In this document: positions 13,275 through 23,353 of the stretch, one piece after another
Layout: the number at the start of each line of letters is the position of its first letter
Numbering within the stretch: position 1 is the stretch's first letter
From: Williopsis jadinii
Lineage: Eukaryota
NCBI GenBank assembly: GCA_024346625.1
Contig: AP024665.1
Location: 2,046,001-2,110,000 of the forward strand
Direction of reading: 5' to 3'
DNA length: 64,000 nucleotides
The notes under the pieces: generated by a model
The model's database searches: none
Told to the model about the DNA's origin: nothing
Seen by the model: the letters and a program-made list of their open reading frames with translations, nothing else
Program-made: the position numbers and the translations under genes

Positions 13275-13849
13275 AAACAAAGCAACGGTTATGTAGAGGT
13301 ATTAAGCAAAGGATATCATAAAATTTCAGTCATAAACAAAGGGGAAGGAAACCAATCGTGGCGAGAATGGAGTCTTTCAAAAAAGGTCTCAATGTATATA
13401 AAGATATAAGAGAAAAGAGTAAAAAAATAAACCTTCCAAAGCCAACAGATATACACATAATCCTTCTTGATTTCCAAGCCAAGATGGTTCACGAGAGAAA
13501 TAAGAGAAACCAATAGCCAAAGGAATAGCAGGATAGATCAAAAGAAAAGCAAAAAAAAAAAGAAATCGAGCTCTTTGCGTGTATAATGTGTCTGTGAGGA
13601 AGGCTATAAGTCCAAAGCAGCACCAAAAACATGAGGTTCGGAAACACGTCGTGGCTCTCCTCGATCTGTTGTTTTCCTCTTTAGAAAGAAAAGAAAATGA
13701 TGGGAATCGAGATGACAGACGTGTATAAAACAGTCACACAGGTCGACACAGGACACCCAAGAGTTTTTATGAAAGCGAATGAAAGTTGGGCCCGTCAAAG
13801 AAATGGTATAAAATAATGTAGCATGCAATATCAGACGTCCAAGAGTGGA

Positions 13850-15067
13850 TCAGTAAAAGACGAAGTTTGCAGAACCAGAGGTGACAGAAACAGTACAACC
13901 ATCGGAATTTGATCCAGAGTATGAACCGTCGATATAAGAACAAGTACCGCTAACAGAAGATCCACTTGTAGCTTCAATCTTGAGGTTGTAGTTTGGAGCG
14001 TTCTTGTTGTTTGGGTTTGGAATGATGGACAAGTAAGTGATACCGCCTGTGTAACCAGCACCCAAGACAACTGGGGCCCAGTTACCGACACCAGAACCAT
14101 CGGTACCCCAAATACAACCATCTTCAACAGAGACACCTTGGTCGTTGACGTAGTATTGGGTAGAGGTCTTAGCACCATTCCATTGGAAGTAGGTATCAGA
14201 GTCGACAACAGAGATTGGCTTCTTGGAACCCGGTGAGACAAGGGTTGGAACGTTCATGTTCTCAGAACCTGGGTAGTCGGTACGACAAAGGGCAACCTCC
14301 TTTTCAACGTTGTTAACAGCGTAAGAAGAGTCAACACCCCACTCACACAATTTAGACTTGGCGGAGTTGGATCTGTACAAGTAACCGTTCTTACAGTACA
14401 ATCCACCAACGGACATACCGTTAGATGGTTGGTTTGTTGGCCACTGAGTCTTGGACATACCAGCTTGACAAGCGTAAGAACAGTAGTAACCATCTTGACA
14501 AGTGGTAGCTGTGTTACCACTCAGATCCATGATGGATGCGTAACCACCCAAGTTGATCCAGTCAAGTGGAACAACACCCTGGCCTGAAGGGAAATCAGTA
14601 CACTTGATGGTACCATCTTGGAAGTCTTCAGATGGGTCCTCAAAGTCACTCAAGTCACCGTCAATACCAACAGAGGATCCGGATGAGGAACCTGAACTTG
14701 CTGTTGTGGCAGCGGCAGCGGATGAGGAAGAAGTCTTTGTAGAGGTCTGAAGAGTGGTTTGTTGTTGAGAAGTGGTTTGCTGTTGAGAAGTGCTTGTACT
14801 CTGAGTTGTGGTACCCTCAGTGGTCTTCGCAGTAGAGCTGGTGGTTGCAGCAGTTGTAGCAGCTTGGGTAGAAACAGTTGTGGCGGCAGCGCTTGTTGTG
14901 GTCTCAGCGGTTGATGGGCCGGCAACTGGGTCACCGTTGGAGTCAACGTAAGCAACCTTGGTCTCGGTAACAACGACAATGTCACGCTTGTGCATGTGGT
15001 GCTCATGGACTGGAGCACTGAGAACAGTGGACGCCAGAGCCAACAATGGAATGATAGTGTACTTCAT
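13850..15067 (-). CDS. SUN-family secreted beta-glucanase (Sun4/Sim1/Sun41-like)
   Basis: Signal peptide [23 protein letters not shown], Ser/Thr-rich linker, and SUN domain [32 protein letters not shown]. Confidence 0.93.
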   Translation of the reverse strand: MKYTIIPLLALASTVLSAPVHEHHMHKRDIVVVTETKVAYVDSNGDPVAGPSTAETTTSAAATTVSTQAATTAATTSSTAKTTEGTTTQSTSTSQQQTTSQQQTTLQTSTKTSSSSAAAATTASSGSSSGSSVGIDGDLSDFEDPSEDFQDGTIKCTDFPSGQGVVPLDWINLGGYASIMDLSGNTATTCQDGYYCSYACQAGMSKTQWPTNQPSNGMSVGGLYCKNGYLYRSNSAKSKLCEWGVDSSYAVNNVEKEVALCRTDYPGSENMNVPTLVSPGSKKPISVVDSDTYFQWNGAKTSTQYYVNDQGVSVEDGCIWGTDGSGVGNWAPVVLGAGYTGGITYLSIIPNPNNKNAPNYNLKIEATSGSSVSGTCSYIDGSYSGSNSDGCTVSVTSGSANFVFY

Positions 15068-16605
15068 GGTATCTCTATTTTTAAACGACAAACACGAGTG
15101 AAGAATAAACAATAAGTGCCAACTGGTCAATTAAGGAAAGTGGGTGTTCAACGATTCAAATAAAAACTAAAGGAATGACAAAAGGGGATGAATGAACTTT
15201 AGTTGAACAAAACGTACCAGGTCAGGATTATTGTTTGGTTTAAAGGAATGACTTTATTCTGTTTGTTGATCTGGAAGAGCAAAGGAGAGAGAAAAAAAAG
15301 AGAAGAGGAAAGGGGGAAAAGCTTCTTTTTTTGTTGACATTCGTTGCCTGAGCGGCAGAATCTGGTTATATATGGGAGATTCGAGAATTTTCGCTCTTTT
15401 TGGTTGAATCTCCTTGATGCAAAACAGTGGAAAAGAAAGAAAAAAAATAAGCAGACGGATGCTAAAGTTTAAACTCTAATGGGAAACTTACCGGATCTGG
15501 AATCTTTATGCAGCTCGGTAAGTACATCCTCGGTTGGGGACACATGAATCTCATACTGTGTCATTACCGTCCTTTGTTCTTCGACGGTCTAGACTTTTAA
15601 CTTGCATACTCGCTGTGCAATTTTTGTGTGTGGTGCGCTTCAATTTCCCCTACCGCTCTCTCGACTGTTAAATCTTGGAATGAAACAATTCTGCGTGGAT
15701 TCGATGGGCTTGGAGTGTTGTACGGAGACGGTTTCCAGGCTCAATGACAACTGGGAGGAAGGGACTCGTGCCAATTGACTAAGTATGATTATATAGCTGG
15801 CGTGGGTTTAAAACAATCAGTAGTGCTTTAGTAGTGGTGTGTTACCGCTGCTGGATGATCACTTCAGGCTGTTCCTTCGGGCGCGTGTTTCACCTCGGTT
15901 TCATCTCTTGAGGGTAAGAAAGACACACACAACCATCGTTGCATGTGCTCCTGACTACAACTCCCAGGCCCTTGACTAAGGGGACTAGGTCTCTTTTCTT
16001 TTTGATATGCAGTTGTATAGACATATGGGCATGATCTTTCCCATTGGCCAATGGCGATTGTCCTTAGCACTACGTCATCAATGGTAACGATTCGTCAGAG
16101 TGCGCCCAAACATTGGCCTCGCTCTGAAACAACCACGATGTGTCCGTCAACCAATCGGATCATGACGCTCACAAACAGCACACATCATCGGTTTCATTGG
16201 CACAAGCATGTCGTGGAAAACGCATACGAAAGGGTGAACGAAATGCTGAGGCCCATAATCATGTACATAATTTACTATATGACAGTTCTCTTTGCTGTAC
16301 ATTCAGTCGTGAATGCAAATTTCTCTTCGACCTGATTCGTTATGTTGGCAGGTTTTTTTTGCGCCTTTTTTCGCCTTGAGGATGCAAGTAATAATTACTT
16401 GCGTCTCCTGTGCAAAGGAGACTCAATATCTACCATTATTAGTGGCTAATTAACACAGCCTTGGTCAAAGTGGTGATTCGATGTGCCTATAAGTGATTTG
16501 ATTATTCGGTCCAACCTCGATATGTTCTGTCAAGTCTAGACTGGTCAGCGCTGAAGCATAGTCCACCCTTATGTGCGAACGCTGTCCTCGTAACTTAACC
16601 CCGGC

Positions 16606-16659
16606 AGCCAAAGGTCCCAATAGCCAGAGGTTCCAAGAGCCAAAGGTTCCAATAGCCAG
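16606..16659. repeat. 16-bp tandem repeat AGCCARAGGTYCCAAK, 3 copies plus a partial
   Basis: Units start at 16606, 16622, 16638 and 16654 (partial). Confidence 0.85.
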
Positions 16660-18493
16660 TAACGCTCTTTCCGTACGCCAATCAACCAACAACTCCATTG
16701 GTTCAGGTGCCGTGAATGATTTCAGGCGTTCCAAAAGTTCATCCATTACTCAAGAACCCCGGTTTGGGTAGCCGTCCTATCATCAACCTTTCGGCTGAAA
16801 CAGTATTGCGTAATTGGTGTGTTTTTTACTGGTCGTGTGCGCACTTTGCGTGCCTGGATTCAAGAATCCTCCTCCTTTCAAATCAGGATGAGACATCCGC
16901 TTACAGTCTGATCCAACCGTACGGTCGAAGATAACTGCTGAAACGCCATAGTTCTCGCTGGAAACGATATGCTGTTGATGTCCTCCTATTACGCACCCTT
17001 AGCACACACCCTTAGCACACACGCCCCTACCACAGCGTCCTTCGTAATGGTCAAATCGTTCGAAACAGAGTCCATGAAAAACTATTGGAGTTTTTCTGTA
17101 GAGTATGCAAAGACGTTGTGAAGGTGCAGAAGTTGCCGGACCCGTGAAGTTGGCAACGTGAAGTAGTGAGAAATACACACGAGGAATGTACAGATCACAT
17201 TTGGAACGAAATGATCCATGACCTATCACCCCTATCACCCCTATCAGAACCACTTCTTCATTGGTTTAACCCTTTTGAAAATGTCCTATGCGCCCTCAAG
17301 TCGTAAGCAATATAATAACATGGTGCATACGCTGCTAAATCATCAGCACATCAAAGGAGTATGCACTCTGTATGAATTTAAGATTTTGCAATTGGATATA
17401 ATCAGATCTTTGCGAAATGTAATCGTGTATCATACCGTGTTTCGATTACAATGGATCATGTACTGCAATTGCACCCGTGTAGGCGTTAGCCGTTATTGGC
17501 TACTCTAACGACGTTCCAGTGATCAAATGCGGTTGATCTTCAGCGAACTTTATTTTTTGTTCACACGCTGGATGCCGTATATCTGCCGCGTCGCCATCAC
17601 CATCAATCGATGTCAGCGAATCAAAGCCCAGGAAGCGAGCTAAACGGGTGAGGGTGGGCTATGGAGTCAACCGAACCAGTGGCAAGGGAATGGAGATCAA
17701 CTCTTTTACCCTAAAGTGGTTAAATCACTCAATTAGGACAGTTTAATTGATGCGTTATATTGCATAGTAATTGTATGCCTAGAGGATGTGTTGCGCGAAA
17801 TACCCAGTAATCCTCCGCCCTGATTGGCCAAAGTTAGAACTAATTGACTTCCTGGGACAATGCCCTGATTTCGGTGTGTTAAGTGGTGCTTTACTGTGAT
17901 AATTGCTTCAATGATGCTCTTTGGTTGGCACTGTATATTTATGAAGAATTTTGAATGGTTTTTTTGCAAAGTTATTTTATCTTCAATTTTGTATTCAGGT
18001 CTTTGATTTTTATGTGAATAAATTAAGAGTTAGAAATATTAGTCTCTAGAAACTATTCTATTATTTTAAAATTAGCTCAATTAGAATATATTTGTGAGTA
18101 TTATATATATATTATCGACAGAGTGGTGGATGGACGTAAAAAGAACCTCATTCGTTGTACATTGATGTATTAATAGTGCCACAGTGCGTATCATGATGAG
18201 ATCTTTCCATGATGAACATATAGAGTAACGAATACTACACAAAACCCACCAGTGGAGCCAGTAATGGAGCACATAATGCCGATATATATTGGCGAGAGTT
18301 GATGCTGAGTACATCTCCTTAGTGAAGCCCATACGTGCGCCAAAACATCGCTCAGTTATAAAAGGATCCACACCACTAGACGTAACAGAACAATTTTACT
18401 TGTATAAGCCCAGCTACGTCTTCAATACTATTCATCACATGCTATTTCAATTAATAAATTTCATAAATGGTCATAAAGCCCAAATGCAATTGA

Positions 18494-20091
18494 TCATTCA
18501 GGGCGTCTCTCCTCTTCACCCCTGTGTCTTCTTCTTGTTCCAGTGGTTTCATCTGTACGACGCACTGCAGATCTGGTACGAAATGCTGGGGTATCGGTTG
18601 AAGCTCGTTGATCAAGAGATGATAAGACCGATCTCACCGGCGAGGAATGAGCTTGCTCCTGTTGTTCTGTAGAGTTGTCAGATGCCTGCTGAGCGCTGTT
18701 CCCTGGTTGAACCTCCTGATTAGATGTTTCAGCTTCCGATCTAAGCCTTCTAAGAGTCTGTAAGTCAGTGTCCTGACCATCTCTTGTTCCATATCTCTCC
18801 ATCAATCCTAAAACCAACTCTGGCACCAACAGATTCTGTAATTGAACCAGCAAATTGCCACCCGCAGCCGCAGGCGAATCAACGTTATTTGTCGTTTCAA
18901 CGCCAGTGTTGATCGTAGAAGTAGAAGCAGCAGCAGTGGCAGCAGACGTAGCAACTTCAGCGCTTGAGTGGTTGTTTGCTCTCAGTCCCGCACCCACTAA
19001 TGCTGTTGCGTCTGGATCTGTGGGGTGATTCGCATTAGAGAGAGATGGCCGTCTTGGAGGATACAGTGGTCTTGAAGTGTAAAGTGGTCTTGAAGTGTAT
19101 GAAGCGCCCAGTGGTTGTAATGCACCTTGTTCCTCTGGCGCTGGAATCACCACAAGATTGCCAGTTTCTGAGTCCATTGAAACCACTATTGGATTCTGAG
19201 TCGAGCTTGAACGTGCAAGGTCCTCCATGTCTGGCAAGTTAATCCGTGGTGGCGGTCTTGTGATAACACGGTCTGTCTGGACTTGTTTACGGCATAGCGG
19301 ACACGTGGATTTCGATCTCAACCATTCAAATATGCAGCCACTTCCAAATATGTGACCGCACGGTAGCTTTGTTGCCCAATGCACATGGTTATCCACAGCT
19401 TCAGTGTTGTCGCCAGGCTCATGGGACTCCACCGTTGTCTCCACCTCGCTTGCAACACCCACATCGGAACCGCCACTAACAACACACCTCTTCTTCAGCG
19501 GCGGCATTGCAACATCGGCTTCATCATCACTATCCTCTGACAGGCGCTTCAGCGCCTTTGTTCTGACGATGTAAGGATCGTAGCAGATCGGGCAGTATTC
19601 ATCCTCTCCAATGGCGTCCACTCTCGGCAACGAGTCCAACGTCTTTTGTGACGCCCCCATCTCCACCGACGTACACGCCGCTATCACGCTGAACGCTATG
19701 TTTGTGGCAAATTCGATGATGCTGTTTGTGTCTTGAGTGGTGCGGTTAACAGGGATCCCTGGCACGTTGAGCTCGATGGTCCCTACACGGGAATCCGGGT
19801 TTCTATTGGGATCTAGCGGACTCTCCTGGAAGGCATAGTTTACAGATATCAACAAGTTCCGATGCGACTCATCGCCATTGGCACGGGCTCCTGGAGCCCG
19901 TGTGGACCTTCTCGTGAACACCTCTGGTAGCCTGAATATCACATTCTCAGTGTTCCGACTGCCAAATTGGAACACCATGAAGAGATTCTCATCGTTGCGT
20001 ACAAGTCCTCTTAAAGTATTAGCACAGGGCAAAAACAGACAGATCACACTGCTGGAGAGAGAGAAACACACATCACCACTTACAAATCCAT
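18494..20091 (-). CDS. SAN1: Nuclear quality-control RING ubiquitin ligase, San1-like; spliced join(20091..20084,20009..18494)
   Basis: Split RING CPICYDPY..(insert with basic clusters)..KLPCGHIFGSGCIFEW..CPLCR and disordered tail. 8-nt exon ATGGATTT, GTAAGT donor 20083, TGCTAAT branch, AAG acceptor 20010; the spliced frame matches. Confidence 0.72.
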
Positions 20092-20254
20092 AGTTTACAG
20101 GTATTTGGTATGCACAACCTGTCAGTTTGTTGGTTGTGTCTGTTGAGCTCCTTATCTCCCCCTGGGGATCATATTAGAAATCAGGTTTTGGTTTTTTTCT
20201 GGTTGTTCCTTTGGGCAGCGCGCAGTTGCTTTGCACACACAGCTGGGGGCGCTA

Positions 20255-20315
20255 GGCAGAACATCGTAGGCAGAACACCGTGGGCAGAACACCGTGGGCA
20301 GAACATCGTAGGCAG
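20255..20315. repeat. 14-bp tandem repeat GGCAGAACAYCGTR, 4 copies plus a partial
   Basis: Units at 20255, 20269, 20283, 20297 and 20311 (partial), in the divergent SAN1/lectin promoter. Confidence 0.9.
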
Positions 20316-20809
20316 GAGACACCAGAAGCGACGGCCTTTCCAAGCGTTCACACCACACCAAGCCACTGTTTCCAATCCACTTCTCACCAATTGATGCTCA
20401 ACCACACTGCCAGCACATTGTCAACACACTGCCAGCACATCGTTAACAACATCCACTTCAACAGAACCCCCTTTACAACTTTTTGCCCACCACCCGTCCA
20501 GCCCAGGTTTCGTACGCCTTAACCCGCCCATTTCGCCTGTTTTGTCGTTCTTGCCCGATGGGGGCCTCAATGTGGCGCAAACCAATTATCAACAACAACA
20601 ACAACAACAACACAAAGAGGAAAATGACACCTCTTTGGAAAATGAAAACATCAACAAAGCACACACACAACAAGTTTCAGGCAGATTTGAAGGACACGGC
20701 TTTGCTCAGAGAGGAAGAAATAACAAGAAACCGGTGAAGGTCAATCTCCTTCGTCTGCTTTTGTTGCTGTTTTTATTACTGTTTTTGTTTTGGCTTGACG
20801 AAGGTTGAA

Positions 20810-22045
20810 ATGAGTGCCATTGGTGTTGTTGAACGAGACCGCCGGGTCCAGGTTGGTGTGTTGTTACTCGCTGTTTACATCCTCTATCTTATATTTTACC
20901 CATCTAGCAAGTCCGGCTCGTGGGACGTGTTTAGCGCCGAGGAGATCAACGATCTCCTGTCAGGCTCGAACTCTGAGTCGGACATTGAGAAGCTCGACCT
21001 GGAGGATTTGGCACTGGAGAAGCCGTACTACGACAGCTCTCTCGGTTATGACAACAACTGGAAGGTCTACGGCGATACCGTTGTAGATATGGACAAGTAC
21101 GTGAGATTGACATCTGAGTTGAAAGACCAGAGCTCTCTGATCTTCAACAAGCACAGCTTCTCCGACATGGGGTTTGAGGTTGACTTCAGATTCCACATTC
21201 ATGGATCAGTGGCCAGCAACGGGTTGAAAGGGGACGGTATGGCGTTGTTCCTCACAGATAAGCCTTTGAAGGAAGGTCCGGTGTTTGGTGCAGAGGACAA
21301 GTTTAACGGATTGGCGGTGTTCTTCGATACGTATCGTAACGCACCAAAGGGGAAAGTGTTCCCCTTCATTAATGTGATGAATGGAGACGGTGCCACTCGT
21401 TATGACAAAGGCAACGATGGTAAGGCCAACCAGTTGGCTGGGTGTACTGCTAGAGCCATTTATAACCCGACTAATGGATACGTTGATGCTAGATTGATCC
21501 ACACTACACAAGATGGTTACCTGTCTTTGGATTATCGATTGGATGAGGAATGGATCAACTGTTTTAGTATCAAGGACGTGCACATTCCAAGTGTTAGGTT
21601 TATGGGATTTGGAGCCTCTACAGGAGATCTCACAGAGAATGTTGATCTCATCGAGGCCCGTGTCTCTCAACTTCTGCACCATGGTAAGATTGTCCAATCC
21701 TTCGAAGAGTTTGCAGATGATGAAGCGCACGAATCTGAAGACGTTTCATCAAATAACGAGCAAACTTCTAGAAATAACAAGAGACGTCCAAGAAAACAAA
21801 GAAACGAGAGCCAGAGGTCAAGACTTAGGGCAAAACTAAGAAACAAATCCAATAGATTGACAAGGTTTAAGGACAATTCAGGTGCGGATGAAAAACCAAG
21901 CTTCCTTCGTACTTTATGGTGGTTGATAAAGACTAGTTTCTTTATGTTGTGTGCACTTATAGTGCTCTACATCGCATTCACGGTTTATCGCGTCAAGAGA
22001 AGATCTTATCTCAATAAGAAGAGACATACTGGTCTTCTCGATTGA
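20810..22045 (+). CDS. L-type (legume-like) lectin, VIP36/LMAN2/Uip5-like secretory-pathway membrane protein
   Basis: GDGMALFLT, GPVFG, GLAVFFDTY, GFGASTGDL motifs; N-terminal hydrophobic anchor and C-terminal TM segment. ATG at 20810. Confidence 0.85.
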   Translation: MSAIGVVERDRRVQVGVLLLAVYILYLIFYPSSKSGSWDVFSAEEINDLLSGSNSESDIEKLDLEDLALEKPYYDSSLGYDNNWKVYGDTVVDMDKYVRLTSELKDQSSLIFNKHSFSDMGFEVDFRFHIHGSVASNGLKGDGMALFLTDKPLKEGPVFGAEDKFNGLAVFFDTYRNAPKGKVFPFINVMNGDGATRYDKGNDGKANQLAGCTARAIYNPTNGYVDARLIHTTQDGYLSLDYRLDEEWINCFSIKDVHIPSVRFMGFGASTGDLTENVDLIEARVSQLLHHGKIVQSFEEFADDEAHESEDVSSNNEQTSRNNKRRPRKQRNESQRSRLRAKLRNKSNRLTRFKDNSGADEKPSFLRTLWWLIKTSFFMLCALIVLYIAFTVYRVKRRSYLNKKRHTGLLD

Positions 22046-22188
22046 TGACATTTCCCCTTACACAGCAGTAAAACAACAGCAGCCCAACTGCTCAGCCATT
22101 CCTCAGGATTCATAACTGATAAGAGCATTATATTAAAATGAAAGAAACTGTACAATTGTTTGTATATATATGTACTGAGAATATTTGA

Positions 22189-23094
22189 TCATGTCTTTCT
22201 CTTTGATCCAGTAGATCCAACTTTACCATCGATTAGTTCCAATTCGGATAGTTTTGTAACGTTGAGTGGTAATCCATAGATCTCATAGTGAACACCAAAT
22301 AGCTTCAACAGTTTGCTGTCATTGATAGGTCTACTCTCTATCTTTTGGAATTTCTTAGCGATGAGGACCTTTTTCAATTCAGCATCAGTGCTGAGGACTT
22401 CAAACAGCACAAGAATCTTTGGTGCCTTACTGTTGTTCAACTGGCCAGACCTGGAGACAGCAAAATCTATGAGATCTTCGATGATTCCAGATTTCCAATA
22501 CACTTTACGAACACCTGCACCGGTGATTCTTGTGACAAACTTCTCATCATTGGACATCTCAGGAATATCGATGAGGGAGATAACAGCAATTGGCGTGTCC
22601 CTGTAAATGACAACTTTGGTGTTATCTGCCTTAGAGGCGGTTTCTTGTGAGAACTTCTTAGAACGGGAGGCTGCAAACTCCTTCAAATCGACACCGAAAA
22701 CAGGTTTCGACTCATCGACGATTCGATCAGCTCTCTGCTTGATAACGTCAGTTGGTCTAGTTATCACGGTGAGTAATGTGGAGATCACCATGGTGCAGAG
22801 GACAACAACACCAACAACCTCCTCGAGGTTGTCTTTGATGAGAGCAAACCCACCTCTTTTGTAGATCCAGCCCAGTTTCCAGTACGACACAGCGGCAATG
22901 ATCGAAACTATGGTGCCTACCGTGATAGGGTGTTTCATGATCGCAGCATTAGCAACAGATTGCTTTTGCCTCTGGAAGTCAATGGTCAAATTGAGAGCGG
23001 CTTCGCATAGTTCCGGGGTCAGAGATGAGGTGTGGATGGTTGGTGGTGCATCCTCATCCATAAGGCCTTGGAGATGAGTAGGTGCTTGTGACAT
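22189..23094 (-). CDS. PHO86: ER chaperone for phosphate transporter export
   Basis: DAPPTIHTSSLTPELCEAALNLTIDF..Q motif, two TM segments, VIYRDTPIAVISL; upstream Pho4-type boxes. Confidence 0.85.
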   Translation of the reverse strand: MSQAPTHLQGLMDEDAPPTIHTSSLTPELCEAALNLTIDFQRQKQSVANAAIMKHPITVGTIVSIIAAVSYWKLGWIYKRGGFALIKDNLEEVVGVVVLCTMVISTLLTVITRPTDVIKQRADRIVDESKPVFGVDLKEFAASRSKKFSQETASKADNTKVVIYRDTPIAVISLIDIPEMSNDEKFVTRITGAGVRKVYWKSGIIEDLIDFAVSRSGQLNNSKAPKILVLFEVLSTDAELKKVLIAKKFQKIESRPINDSKLLKLFGVHYEIYGLPLNVTKLSELELIDGKVGSTGSKRKT

Positions 23095-23289
23095 CACGTT
23101 TGATTACAACACAAATGAAAAGTATAACCAAGAGAAATAAAAGACAAGGGTATGTAGACTCTTAGAAAAGATTTTCACCGTTCAATCAGTAGTGTGAGCT
23201 CGAGCAGTTGGTGGATGAGTTTTGGCGGGGCGGGGGGTGTTACCGCCCATAATGATTTTCCGCTTCAAATGGCCCATACATCCACACAC

Positions 23290-23353
23290 CACGTTTTAAG
23301 CCCAAAAACCTGGACATAAGCTGTTAAACGCAACACATCCCCGATAACACGTG
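23290..23353. promoter_or_regulatory. Pho4-like sites upstream of PHO86
   Basis: CACGTT at 23290-23295 and CACGTG(GG) at 23348-23353, about 200-260 bp upstream of the ATG. PHO86 is a PHO-regulon gene in S. cerevisiae. Confidence 0.55.
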
